The notes beneath the pieces were generated by a model that worked only from the letters and a program-made list of their open reading frames with translations, had not been told where the DNA came from and did no database searches. Positions 9,314 through 17,567 of a stretch of 32,000 nt of DNA are shown piece after piece. Position 1 is the first letter of the stretch, and the number at the start of each line of letters is the position of its first letter. The position numbers and the translations under genes were made by a program. The stretch spans positions 1,290,001 through 1,322,000 of the forward strand of contig NC_013849.1 of the NCBI RefSeq assembly GCF_000025505.1. The letters are read 5' to 3'. Origin of the DNA: Ferroglobus placidus DSM 10642 (GTDB lineage: Archaea > Halobacteriota > Archaeoglobi > Archaeoglobales > Archaeoglobaceae).

Positions 9314-10381
9314 ATGGAACTGGAGAAGCTTTGCGAAATTCTTGACAAAAAAGCTTCGGAGATCGACAGAAACAACGACATGGGAGAAGTTTTCGAGGAG
9401 GTCGTGAATTCCGGGGCTCTTGCACTGATGATTCCGAAGGAGTACGGGGGAGAAGGAAAAGATTACTACGAAATGAGCCTTATTGCCGAAAAACTCGCTT
9501 ACTACTCTGCCGGAGTTGCTCACAGCGTGATAGTTCACGGGATGGCTGTCGATGCTTTGAGGATTTTTGGTAGCGAGGAGCAGAAGAAAAAGTACTTCCC
9601 TAAGCTGATGAAAGGCTTTGGAACTCTTGCTATTACCGAGCCGACCGGAGGGAGCGACGTTGCCAATGCCGTCAAAACTAAAGCCGAAAGGAAGGGAGAC
9701 GTTTACGTTATAAACGGAAACAAAACTCTGATAACGAACGGAGAGTTTGCGGAGCTTTTCATCGTGATCGCAAGGACTGGAGAGGGGGCTAAGGGGTTAA
9801 CCGCTTTCATCGTAGAGAGGGGAGAAGGAATAGAGACGACGAAAATAGACCTTTCGGGAATGCGGGGAAGTGGTTTAGCGAGCGTTCGTTTCAAGGATGT
9901 GGAGGTGCCGGCGGAGAACGTTATAGGAGGGGAAGGTAAGGGTATGAGAGTTGCTTTAGGAACTCTCGCTCCGAACAGGATTCCTTTCGCTGCAATGGGC
10001 ATCGGCATAGCTCAAAGATGCCTCGACCTGGCTGTGGAAAGAGCTAAGAGCAGAGAAGCTTTCGGAGGGAGGCTTGCTGACTTGCAGGCTGTGCAGTTCA
10101 TGTTAGCTGAATTAGCAGCTGACGTAGAGGCTCTGAGAAAACTAATTTACGGATTTGCAAAGGATATGGGTGACACAAATTATTCTGGAGCTATTTGCAA
10201 GCTAAAGGCTGCTGAAGTGGCAAAGAAGGCTGCTGATATAGCGATGGAGATTTACGGAGGTTTCGGCTTGCTTTCGAATTCGAAGGTCGAAATGGCTCAC
10301 AGAGATGCGAAGGTTTTGGACATTGCCGAAGGTGCGACTGAGGTTATGAAACTCCTCATAGCGAGAAAACTCTTCTCATAA
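9314..10381 (+). CDS. Acyl-CoA dehydrogenase family protein
   Basis: Typical ACAD motifs are present (AITEPTGGSD, NGNKTLITNG, YGGFG..., catalytic-base region IAEGATEV). At 355 aa it is slightly short at the N-terminus. Confidence 0.85.
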   Translation: MELEKLCEILDKKASEIDRNNDMGEVFEEVVNSGALALMIPKEYGGEGKDYYEMSLIAEKLAYYSAGVAHSVIVHGMAVDALRIFGSEEQKKKYFPKLMKGFGTLAITEPTGGSDVANAVKTKAERKGDVYVINGNKTLITNGEFAELFIVIARTGEGAKGLTAFIVERGEGIETTKIDLSGMRGSGLASVRFKDVEVPAENVIGGEGKGMRVALGTLAPNRIPFAAMGIGIAQRCLDLAVERAKSREAFGGRLADLQAVQFMLAELAADVEALRKLIYGFAKDMGDTNYSGAICKLKAAEVAKKAADIAMEIYGGFGLLSNSKVEMAHRDAKVLDIAEGATEVMKLLIARKLFS

Positions 10382-10425
10382 GTTTTTTATTCAAACCTTT
10401 TTCCTTTTTTTCGGGAGGTGGTTAC

Positions 10426-11031
10426 TTGAGGGTAGGCTGGGATGCTACGCACGGAGAATTTATAGCTGACGATTACTATTACTTTTCCAAGCTCAGAAAT
10501 TTTGTTGATGCTGAAATTGATTGCGTTTACAGCTTTTACAAACTTGAAGACTACGACGTTATCGTTTTTAACTATCCAGAGGTTAGGTTCAAGCTCAGGG
10601 AAATTTCGAGGATTAAGAGCTGGTTGAGAAAGGGGAAAACGGTGGTTTTCGCCTCCTACTACAACAACCTCGACAACGTTACTGAGATAATAAACAGCGT
10701 TCTAAAAAAGCTTGGTGTGGAGGTGAGAATTAGCAGCGACGTTATAGTGGATGAAGAGAAGAACGACGGAGATAGGATGCATCCATTAGCAAAGTATGGA
10801 GATCGCGTCGTAGTAATGCCCTGCTCGTCGAGCGTTGTAGGAGGTGAAGCTTTCGTCGAAGGTTTTTCTTCGGCAGAATGCAACAACGGAAGCAAGTGTT
10901 TTGCAGCTTACGAGGAGTTTGGAAAGGGGAAGGTTATCGTCTTAGGCACGTGCGTCTTCTGGGACAACTACAGCATCGAAAAGTACGACAACAGAGTTTT
11001 AGCGAATGACATTCTGAGCGGCAAAATCTGA
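10426..11031 (+). CDS. Hypothetical protein, possibly DUF4350/GldG-N-like (class I amidotransferase-like fold)
   Basis: A TTG start at 10426 lies 5 nt downstream of a strong GGGAGGTG box (10413-10420). The WDATHGE start and the C-terminal VLGTCVFWDNYSI...NRVLANDIL pattern resemble DUF4350-type proteins, but the family call is weak. Confidence 0.5.
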   Translation: MRVGWDATHGEFIADDYYYFSKLRNFVDAEIDCVYSFYKLEDYDVIVFNYPEVRFKLREISRIKSWLRKGKTVVFASYYNNLDNVTEIINSVLKKLGVEVRISSDVIVDEEKNDGDRMHPLAKYGDRVVVMPCSSSVVGGEAFVEGFSSAECNNGSKCFAAYEEFGKGKVIVLGTCVFWDNYSIEKYDNRVLANDILSGKI

Positions 11032-11036
11032 TAACA

Positions 11037-11044
11037 TTTTTAAG
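11037..11044 (+). promoter_or_regulatory. Putative TATA box (TTTTTAAG) for the CoADR gene; leaderless geometry
   Basis: The box is centred about 26 nt upstream of the ATG at 11067, and no SD sequence is present. Confidence 0.3.
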
Positions 11045-11066
11045 GCTGAAAATTTCATAAAAGAGC

Positions 11067-12380
11067 ATGAAAGTAGCTATTATCGGCGGCGGAGCAGCCG
11101 GGATGAGTGCGGCTTCGAGAGTTAAAGCGTTAAAACCGGAATGGGAAGTTTCGGTTTTCGAAGCGACGTCTTTCGTAAGCCACGCTCCTTGCGGCATTCC
11201 TTACGCGATAGAATTCGACTTCGGAAGCGAGGAGCTGATGTACTACAAACCGGAAGTCTTCGTTAAGGAGAGGGGGATCGATTTACACTTGAATGCGAAG
11301 GTAGTCGAAGTCGACTACGGAAAGCTGAGGGTGGAGGAGAACGGAAAAGAAAAAACTTACGAGTGGGACAAGCTTTTAATCGCTACCGGAGCATCGCCGA
11401 AGGTGCCTAAGATAGAGGGAGTCGATTTGGAGAACGTTTTCACCGTCGATTTACCTCCTGATGCCGACAGAATAAGGAGAGCTGCGAAGGAAGCTGAGAA
11501 TGTAGTTATAATCGGAGCCGGCTACATCGGAGTCGAAATGGCGGAGGCTTTTTCGGCTATAAATAAGAAGGTGACGGTCATAGAATTCCTCGACAGACCG
11601 TTAGCCAACTTTGATAGAGAGATTTCGAACATCGTGAAAGAGGAGATGGAGAAAAAAGTTGAACTTAAGCTTGAGGAGAGCGTTGAGGCGATAGAAGGCA
11701 AGGACAAGGTTGAAAAAGTTGTGACGAATAAAGGAGAGTATAAAGCGGATTTGGTCATTCTTGCCACTGGCGTAAAGCCGAATGTTGAGCTTGCTAAACA
11801 GCTCGGCGTAGAGCTCGGTGAGACGGGGGCGATAAAGACGAATTCGAAAATGGAGACGAACGTTGAGAACGTTTACGCAGCTGGCGACTGCGCTGAGACG
11901 ATAAATCTGGTTACAAAAAAGCCTGCTTGGATTCCCTTAGCTCCGGCGGGGAACAAAATGGGGTACGTGGCTGGAGTTAACATGGCTGGAGGAAACATTG
12001 AATTTCCCGGAGTCGTCGGGACGCAAATAACGAAATTTTACGACTTGCAGATAGGAAAAACCGGACTTACCGAAGAAGAAGCTAAAAAGGAAGGATTTAA
12101 CGTAAAATCAGCGTTTATCCAAGCTAACACGAAAGTCCACTATTATCCTGGAGCGAAAAAGACTTTTATAAAGGCTGTTAAAGACGCGGATACGAACAGA
12201 ATACTCGGTGCTCAGATTGCCGGCTACGAGATGGTAACGATGCGAGTAAACGTTTTCGCCACCGCTATTCAGGCTGGCTTCACCACGAGAGATTTGTTCT
12301 TCGCCGACTTGGCTTACGCTCCTCCATTTACTCCAATATGGGATCCGGTAATAGTGGCTGCGAGGGTGTTGAAGTTTTGA
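11067..12380 (+). CDS. cdr: Coenzyme A disulfide reductase / NAD(P)H sulfur oxidoreductase (pyridine nucleotide-disulfide oxidoreductase)
   Basis: FAD-binding [12 protein letters not shown] and the single redox Cys in SHAPCGIPY are present. The end-to-end sequence closely resembles Pyrococcus CoADR as I recall it, including the C-terminal DLAYAPPF...ARVLKF. Confidence 0.85.
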   Translation: MKVAIIGGGAAGMSAASRVKALKPEWEVSVFEATSFVSHAPCGIPYAIEFDFGSEELMYYKPEVFVKERGIDLHLNAKVVEVDYGKLRVEENGKEKTYEWDKLLIATGASPKVPKIEGVDLENVFTVDLPPDADRIRRAAKEAENVVIIGAGYIGVEMAEAFSAINKKVTVIEFLDRPLANFDREISNIVKEEMEKKVELKLEESVEAIEGKDKVEKVVTNKGEYKADLVILATGVKPNVELAKQLGVELGETGAIKTNSKMETNVENVYAAGDCAETINLVTKKPAWIPLAPAGNKMGYVAGVNMAGGNIEFPGVVGTQITKFYDLQIGKTGLTEEEAKKEGFNVKSAFIQANTKVHYYPGAKKTFIKAVKDADTNRILGAQIAGYEMVTMRVNVFATAIQAGFTTRDLFFADLAYAPPFTPIWDPVIVAARVLKF

Positions 12381-12973
12381 CGCTCGAAGAAATCCACGAG
12401 GAAATCAAGAAATGTAGGAAATGCGAGCTGTACAAAACTAAAACGAACTACGTCCCCGGAGAAGGAAATGAGAAAGCCAAAATTGTCTTCGTCGGAGAAG
12501 CACCGGGGAGAGAAGAGGATTTGCAGGGAAGACCTTTTGTTGGAGCTGCCGGGCAATATCTGACTAAAACTCTGGAAAAATGCGGAATTAAGAGGAGCGA
12601 AGTCTTCATTACAAATATTTTGAAATGCCGTCCGCCGAACAATCGAGATCCGAAACCTGAGGAGGTGGAGAAGTGCTTTCCATATCTTGTAAAACAGCTT
12701 CACGAAATAAAGCCTGACGTGATAGTATGCCTTGGAAGGCATTCGGCAAGGGAGATACTGAACTTTTTTGGTAAGAAATTTAAAGGAATTTCCGCTGACA
12801 GAGGCAAGATTTTCGAAGCTGAACTCGACGGAAAGAAGGTAAAGATAATTCCAACGTATCATCCAGCAGCAGTTCTGTACAAACCGCAGCTGAAGGAGTA
12901 CTTCGAGGAAGACATAAGGAAGGTGGCGAGCTTCTTTAAAAGGAAAACGCTTTTGGACTTTATAGGGGAGTAA
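12338..12973 (+). CDS. udg: Uracil-DNA glycosylase, family 4 (Fe-S type)
   Basis: The CRKCEL Cys cluster, [15 protein letters not shown] and the HPAAVLY motif are present. The ATG at 12338 overlaps cdr by 43 nt. An alternative TTG at 12377 is preceded by GAGGGTG and may be the real start. Confidence 0.85.
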   Translation: MGSGNSGCEGVEVLTLEEIHEEIKKCRKCELYKTKTNYVPGEGNEKAKIVFVGEAPGREEDLQGRPFVGAAGQYLTKTLEKCGIKRSEVFITNILKCRPPNNRDPKPEEVEKCFPYLVKQLHEIKPDVIVCLGRHSAREILNFFGKKFKGISADRGKIFEAELDGKKVKIIPTYHPAAVLYKPQLKEYFEEDIRKVASFFKRKTLLDFIGE

Positions 12974-12995
12974 GCAAAGAAAGAATTAAAAATTT

Positions 12996-13667
12996 TTAGT
13001 TTACCAAGTTCACTGCTTTTCCTAAAACCGTCAACGAGATTTTCACGTTCTTCCCTACCCTCTTCGTCTCTACGAGTCCGTCCTCCTCCAGTCCTCTGAG
13101 GTGGTAGCTCATCCTCGCTCTCTGAGCCATGTACTTCTTGTGATCCGTCGTTCTGCCTTCGAGAAGTTCTATCAATTTGTTTATCGACTCGACCTCTCCT
13201 CCGTTCGCCTCGATAACTTTCAGAATTTCGAGCTTGTCTTCGGAAACCTTTTTCATCGGAGGAACCGGGATTTCAATAACTCTTTCAATCCCAACTTCTT
13301 TTCCTTCCTCGTATTTGGGCATCGCGGTATAGATTTTGCTTCCCGAAACCTGCGCAGCTATATATGCGGCGATGGTCAAAGTTTTCGGAGCTTCCGTTAT
13401 GTTGATGTAAACTTCGTTACCCGCCTTTAAGTCGTCTCTAATTGCCTCAAGAACTTTGAGCATCGATTCGAAAACTTCGTATTGATTCACTTCAACCATT
13501 TCAACGTCGATAAGCACCTTTAAAATCTCTTTCAGCTTTTCAGCCACGCTTTTAACGTCTGCGTAGTAAACTAAATACGCTTTGTGTATCGGATAGCCAC
13601 TCGCCTTTATGCTTTCCATCACCTTCTCAGCATCGCTTCCCACGAAGACTACATGCACTACTGCCAT
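12996..13667 (-). CDS. Csa3-like / HFX_2341-like regulator: N-terminal CARF-like Rossmann domain plus C-terminal winged HTH
   Basis: The N-terminus has a beta-strand/Gly pattern (VVHVVFVGSD...KAYLVY...VYINITEAPKTLT) like Csa3/CARF N-domains. The C-terminal part (KLEILKVIEANGGEVESINKLIELL...SYHLRGLEEDGLVETKRVGKNVKISLT) is wHTH-like. The assignment is by recalled pattern, not by search. Confidence 0.5.
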   Translation of the reverse strand: MAVVHVVFVGSDAEKVMESIKASGYPIHKAYLVYYADVKSVAEKLKEILKVLIDVEMVEVNQYEVFESMLKVLEAIRDDLKAGNEVYINITEAPKTLTIAAYIAAQVSGSKIYTAMPKYEEGKEVGIERVIEIPVPPMKKVSEDKLEILKVIEANGGEVESINKLIELLEGRTTDHKKYMAQRARMSYHLRGLEEDGLVETKRVGKNVKISLTVLGKAVNLVN

Positions 13668-13688
13668 GTTGTTCCATTGGATGGAATA

Positions 13689-13696
13689 ATAAATAA
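13689..13696 (-). promoter_or_regulatory. Putative TATA box (TTATTTAT on the minus strand) of the Csa3-like gene
   Basis: The box is centred about 26 nt upstream of the ATG at 13667 (leaderless geometry). It lies only 6 nt from the IS1 left end, and the BRE position is occupied by the target-site duplication. Confidence 0.3.
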
Positions 13697-13702
13697 GTTT
13701 TT
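13695..13702. repeat. Target-site duplication, left copy (AAGTTTTT)
   Basis: This 8-mer is identical to 14461-14468 and directly abuts the IS terminal inverted repeat. Confidence 0.85.
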
Positions 13703-13726
13703 GGTAATGCCTCAGTAATGTTTATA
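13703..13726. repeat. IS1-family left terminal inverted repeat
   Basis: See the mobile element entry; this repeat pairs with 14437-14460. Confidence 0.8.
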
Positions 13727-13750
13727 TTCAATTAGTTGGATAAATCGGTG

Positions 13751-14035
13751 ATGATGTGTCCGCATTGCAAATCGATAAAAACTGTGAAAATGGGCTGTTA
13801 TTACACGAAATCTGGTGAGAGGAGGCAGAGATACAAATGCAAGAGCTGCGGGAGAACTTTCGTTTTGAATCCGATAAAGCCGAGGAATTATCCCGAGGAA
13901 TTTAAGGAGATGGTAGTTAGAGCTGTTGTGAAGGAGGGTGTAGGGATAAGACAAGCGAGCAGAATTTTCAAGCTTTCTCCTAACACTGTGACAGCTTGGG
14001 TAAGAGAATTTTCTAAAAAAAGACCTGAGAAATGA
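13751..14035 (+). CDS. insA: IS1 transposase N-terminal part (InsA-like: CxxC...CxxC zinc finger plus HTH)
   Basis: MMCPHCKS...YKCKSCGRTF is followed by an HTH-like GIRQASRIFKLSPNTVTAWV. The ORF ends at a TGA (14033-14035) just after an A7 run at 14015-14021. Confidence 0.85.
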   Translation: MMCPHCKSIKTVKMGCYYTKSGERRQRYKCKSCGRTFVLNPIKPRNYPEEFKEMVVRAVVKEGVGIRQASRIFKLSPNTVTAWVREFSKKRPEK

Positions 14036-14450
14036 GATTAGATCGGAAAAGCCTGTTATCGAGTTAGATGAAGCTTGGAGTTTTGTTAAGAAAAAGGAAA
14101 ACGAAATCTGGATTTGGATTGCTTTAGAGAGAAATTCCCGAAAAATAATAAGTTATGCAATAGGAGATCGTTCTGTGGATACTTTCAAGAAATTGTGGGA
14201 CGGAATTGGCGATGAAATAAAGCGGAAAGCAATTTTCTACACGGATCGCTGGGACGCTTATAATTTGATTCCTTACAGGCAGAGAATCGTAAGAAGAGGA
14301 GGAACGAACCACGTTGAAAGGTTATTCTTAACTCTGAGAAATGATAATCCGAGATTCGCAAGAAAATCAATCAGATTCTCAAAATCCTCGGAAATGCTCG
14401 AAAATTCTTTTAAATTGTGGATTCATTACTATAATTTATCAACATTATAG
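14004..14450 (+). CDS. insB: IS1 transposase catalytic part (InsB-like DDE), open from 14004 with no start codon of its own; +1 frame relative to insA
   Basis: The frame reads ...ELDEAWSFVKKKENEIWIWIALERNSRKIISYAIGDRS...FYTDRWDAYN...TNHVERLF...SFSKS, colinear with E. coli InsB (EMDEQW...WMTDGWPLY...QRIERHN...SFSKS). The stop TAG lies inside the right inverted repeat. Confidence 0.85.
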   Translation, partial: ENFLKKDLRNEIRSEKPVIELDEAWSFVKKKENEIWIWIALERNSRKIISYAIGDRSVDTFKKLWDGIGDEIKRKAIFYTDRWDAYNLIPYRQRIVRRGGTNHVERLFLTLRNDNPRFARKSIRFSKSSEMLENSFKLWIHYYNLSTL

Positions 14451-14460
14451 TGACACTACC
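14437..14460. repeat. IS1-family right terminal inverted repeat
   Basis: See the mobile element entry. Confidence 0.8.
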
Positions 14461-14468
14461 AAGTTTTT
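14461..14468. repeat. Target-site duplication, right copy (AAGTTTTT)
   Basis: This 8-mer is identical to 13695-13702. Confidence 0.85.
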
Positions 14469-14608
14469 CTACATCGCTAAAATCGTCTTCTCTGATTACA
14501 CTTCGTTAAGTTATAGGCGAAATTAGAAAGAGATAACAACAATCTGAATTGATAATCAGATGTTGAATCAACAACTATATAATGCAGAGTAAAGAGAAAG
14601 GTGATGAA

Positions 14609-14881
14609 ATGAAGAGAGTCAGAGTTTATGTTAGCGGAGTCGTGCAGGGCGTAGGATTCCGTTATTTCACTAAAAAAGTCGCAAAAGAAATTGGAGTTAA
14701 AGGCTACGTGATGAACCTCAGCGACGGAAGAGTTCTCGTTGTTGCTGAGGGGGAAGAGGAGCAGATAGAAAAGTTGATATCTGCTTTGAAAGTAGGACCG
14801 AAATCGGCAATAGTTAAAAATGTCGAGGTAATTGAAGAGGAGTACAAAGGAGAGTTCGAGAACTTCGAGGTGAGGTATTAG
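14609..14881 (+). CDS. acyP: Acylphosphatase
   Basis: The 90-aa sequence has the acylphosphatase signature [13 protein letters not shown] and [11 protein letters not shown]. The ATG at 14609 is preceded by AAGGTGA 4 nt upstream. Confidence 0.85.
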   Translation: MKRVRVYVSGVVQGVGFRYFTKKVAKEIGVKGYVMNLSDGRVLVVAEGEEEQIEKLISALKVGPKSAIVKNVEVIEEEYKGEFENFEVRY

Positions 14882-15696
14882 TGCTTGCCAAAAGGATAAT
14901 ACCGTGCTTGGACGTCACGCTCGATGAAAAAGGAGCGAGGGTGGTAAAAGGGGTAGAATTCGTAAATCTTAGAGATGCCGGAGATCCAGTGGAGTTGGCG
15001 AAGAGGTACGATGAAGAAGGAGCGGACGAACTCGTCTTTCTTGACATAACCGCTTCAGCCCAGGGAAGGAAGACGATGGTTGACGTTATAGAGAGGACGG
15101 CTGAAGAAGTTTTTATTCCCCTCACGGTGGGAGGAGGAATAAAAAGTATTGAGGATATAAACGAAATGCTTTCAGCCGGAGCTGACAAAGTTTCGATAAA
15201 TACTGCTGCGGTGAAAAATCCCGAGTTTGTGAGAAAAGCGGCGGAAATATTCGGAAGTCAGTGCATAGTTGTTGCGATAGACTGCAGAAGAAATTTCGAC
15301 CTCAGCAAGGGCAAGTATTTTGTCGAGCTCGAGGACGGAAGGAAAGCTTGGTACGAAGTCGTAATTTACGGAGGAAGAAAGCCTACCGGTATTGATGCGG
15401 TGGAGTGGGCTAAAAAGGTGGAAGAGCTCGGAGCGGGAGAAATTTTGCTGACTTCGATGAACAGAGACGGAACGAAAATTGGCTACGACATCCCGATAAC
15501 GAGAAAGATCAGCGAAGAGGTGAAAATTCCGGTCATAGCTTCTGGAGGAGCTGGAAAGCCCGAGCATTTTTACGAAGCGTTCACAGCTGGAAAAGCCGAT
15601 GCATGTTTGGCAGCGAGCATTTTCCACTACAGAGAAATTGAGATAGAAGAACTGAAGAGGTATTTGAAAGAAAGAGGTATTCCCGTCAGGATCTGA
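14881..15696 (+). CDS. hisF: Imidazole glycerol phosphate synthase cyclase subunit HisF
   Basis: A canonical HisF sequence ([11 protein letters not shown]..., [21 protein letters not shown]). The GTG start at 14881 overlaps the acyP stop by 1 nt. Confidence 0.95.
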   Translation: MLAKRIIPCLDVTLDEKGARVVKGVEFVNLRDAGDPVELAKRYDEEGADELVFLDITASAQGRKTMVDVIERTAEEVFIPLTVGGGIKSIEDINEMLSAGADKVSINTAAVKNPEFVRKAAEIFGSQCIVVAIDCRRNFDLSKGKYFVELEDGRKAWYEVVIYGGRKPTGIDAVEWAKKVEELGAGEILLTSMNRDGTKIGYDIPITRKISEEVKIPVIASGGAGKPEHFYEAFTAGKADACLAASIFHYREIEIEELKRYLKERGIPVRI

Positions 15697-16054
15697 AAGC
15701 TACCACTTCCATTTCTATGTCAACACCTTTTGGCAGCTCTGAAACTCCGACAACAACTCTTGCCGGCTTTTTTTTGAAGTATTTTTCGTAAACCTCGTTG
15801 AACTCGTTAAACTTCGACAGGTCTTTCAAGTAAACCGTAACTTTAACAACGTTTTCCAGATCGAGACCGACCTCATTTAGGATAGCTCTAACGTTCTCAA
15901 TAACGGCTTCGACTCTCTCTTCAAACTTTTCTGGAATTTCACCGTTCTTTCTCATTGGTATCTGTCCAGAGACGAACACAAAGTTTTCAACCACCACCGC
16001 ATGACTGTAAGGTCCTACCGGCTTCGGAGCGTTTTCGGAGATAACGAACTTCAT
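15686..16054 (-). CDS. ridA: RidA/YjgF/L-PSP family reactive-intermediate deaminase
   Basis: [12 protein letters not shown]..., VFVSGQIP and a C-terminal [23 protein letters not shown] are present. I trimmed the start to the ATG at 16054 (MKFVISEN). The 3' end overlaps the 3' end of hisF by 11 bp (convergent). Confidence 0.85.
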   Translation of the reverse strand: MKFVISENAPKPVGPYSHAVVVENFVFVSGQIPMRKNGEIPEKFEERVEAVIENVRAILNEVGLDLENVVKVTVYLKDLSKFNEFNEVYEKYFKKKPARVVVGVSELPKGVDIEMEVVAFRS

Positions 16055-16136
16055 AGGAATTCTTGGAGGAGCAGCATTAATAAATTTCACGTACTCTTAA
16101 GCAAAGTGTTTAAAACAGAAACCGTAAGCTTCGGTT

Positions 16137-16433
16137 GTGAAGATATCCGAGTTTCAGAAATTAATAAAAGACCTGTATTTCGAAAAAGATAAGAAGAGGG
16201 GGTTAGACAAGACTTTCATCTGGTTCGTTGAAGAAGTTGGGGAACTGGCTGAGGCTATAAGGAAAGGGGAGAACGTTGGAGAGGAAATAGCGGATGTGTT
16301 TGCCTGGCTCGTGAGCTTAGCTAATATCCTCGGCGTTGACGTTGAGGAGGAAGTTCTGAAAAAATACCCCTACAAGTGCGTTAAGTGCAACAAAATCCCG
16401 TGCGAGTGTGAGGAGCATGTTTCTGATAGTTAG
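16137..16433 (+). CDS. MazG-like nucleotide pyrophosphohydrolase (small, single domain) with a Cys-rich C-terminal tail
   Basis: The EExxE-type motif is present (EEVGELAEAIRK ... EEIADVFAWL), and the tail reads CVKCNKIPCEC. The start is GTG. Confidence 0.7.
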   Translation: MKISEFQKLIKDLYFEKDKKRGLDKTFIWFVEEVGELAEAIRKGENVGEEIADVFAWLVSLANILGVDVEEEVLKKYPYKCVKCNKIPCECEEHVSDS

Positions 16434-17565
16434 GGATGAGGATATAAAGAAAGGTGTAACGACTGACAAGTACTTCATATGGACGGAAAAAATCCTGAAA
16501 GAGAAGGGCAAAAATCCTCTTGTTGTCGCTGAAGTTACAGCCTCGACTTGGGGGATTTTTGCCGGGCTAAACGATGCCCTGAAACTGCTGGAAGGAATGA
16601 ACGTGGACGTTTATGCGATGGACGAGGGAACGCTTTTCTTCCCCCACGAACCCGTTTTGACGGTCGTAGGGAACTACTTGGACTTTGCGAGGTTCGAAAC
16701 AGCTTTACTCGGATTTCTCTGCCACGCTTCCGGAGTGGCTACAGAAGCCTTCAGAACCAAGCTTGCCGCCGGAGATAAGAGAGTTCTATCATTCGGAACG
16801 AGAAGACAGCATCCTGCTTTGGCTGCTTTCATAGAGAGGTCCGCTTACATCGGAGGAGTCGATGGGGTGAGCAATTACGCAGCAGAAAAGTATCTCGGAA
16901 TAGAGAGCGTGGGAACGATGCCTCACGCTTTGATAATCTCCTTTGGAAATCAAATCGAAGCTTGGAGGGCTTACGATGAAGTCGTTGAAGAGAAAGTTCC
17001 GAGGACGATGCTGATAGACACGTATTACGATGAAAAAACCGAAGCGATCTTAGCTGTTGAGAACGTGAGGAGAGTTGATGGTGTAAGGCTCGACACTCCG
17101 AGCAGCAGAAGGGGCAACATAAGGAAGATTATCGAAGAAGTCAGATGGGAGCTGAAAATAAGGGGTAGGGAGGACGTGAGAATTGTTCTCAGCGGAGGAA
17201 TTAACGCTAAAGATGTTTACGAGCTGAGGGACATCGTCGACGTTTTTGGAGTTGGGACGTCGATAGCTGGGGCTCCGCCGATAGACTTCAGCCTCGACAT
17301 AGTTGAAAAGGAAGGAAAGTTTGTAGCCAAGAGGGGGAAGAGAAGCGGAATGAAGCAGGTTTACAGAGACTGGGAGACGCTTGAGGATGAGGTTAAACTG
17401 TACAAAGACGCTGCTCCAGAAGGAAAGGAACCGCTCGTTAAAAAGTACATGGAAAAGGGGAAGATAGTAAGGGAATGTAACATGGAAGAAGCGAGAAAGT
17501 TGAGCTTGAGGCAAATGGAAATTATAAGGAAGCTCGGGAGAGTTGAGGAGTTCGTTTTCGGTTAG
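16417..17565 (+). CDS. pncB: Nicotinate phosphoribosyltransferase (archaeal type)
   Basis: TDKYF near the N-terminus, FGTRRQH, GTMPHA and VRLDTPS are typical of the NAPRTase family. The start is either the ATG at 16417 or the GTG at 16408, and both overlap the MazG-like 3' end. Confidence 0.8.
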   Translation: MFLIVRDEDIKKGVTTDKYFIWTEKILKEKGKNPLVVAEVTASTWGIFAGLNDALKLLEGMNVDVYAMDEGTLFFPHEPVLTVVGNYLDFARFETALLGFLCHASGVATEAFRTKLAAGDKRVLSFGTRRQHPALAAFIERSAYIGGVDGVSNYAAEKYLGIESVGTMPHALIISFGNQIEAWRAYDEVVEEKVPRTMLIDTYYDEKTEAILAVENVRRVDGVRLDTPSSRRGNIRKIIEEVRWELKIRGREDVRIVLSGGINAKDVYELRDIVDVFGVGTSIAGAPPIDFSLDIVEKEGKFVAKRGKRSGMKQVYRDWETLEDEVKLYKDAAPEGKEPLVKKYMEKGKIVRECNMEEARKLSLRQMEIIRKLGRVEEFVFG

Positions 17566-17567
17566 AG

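Larger units (their letters stand above)
13703..14460 (+). mobile_element. IS1-family insertion sequence, 758 bp, complete ends
   Basis: The terminal inverted repeats both start GGTA(A/G)TG, as in IS1: GGTAATGCCTCAGTAATG versus the reverse complement GGTAGTGTCACTATAATG. They match at 13/18 positions, or about 18/24 when extended. The element is flanked by a perfect 8-bp direct repeat. It encodes an InsA-like Zn-finger/HTH part and an InsB-like DDE part. Confidence 0.9.

Noticed and set aside
12314-12862. 182-aa reverse-strand ORF
   Set aside because: It is entirely antisense to the well-supported family-4 UDG gene, has low-complexity non-protein-like composition, and resembles no family I recognise.
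14015-14028. Canonical IS1-style -1 programmed frameshift on the A-run
   Set aside because: The -1 frame hits a TGA at 14026-14028 almost immediately. The DDE-encoding frame is +1 relative to insA, so the classical mechanism cannot produce the fusion here.
15172-17514. Reverse ORFs 15172-15627 and 17050-17514
   Set aside because: They are antisense to hisF and to the NAPRTase gene respectively. Their composition is not protein-like.
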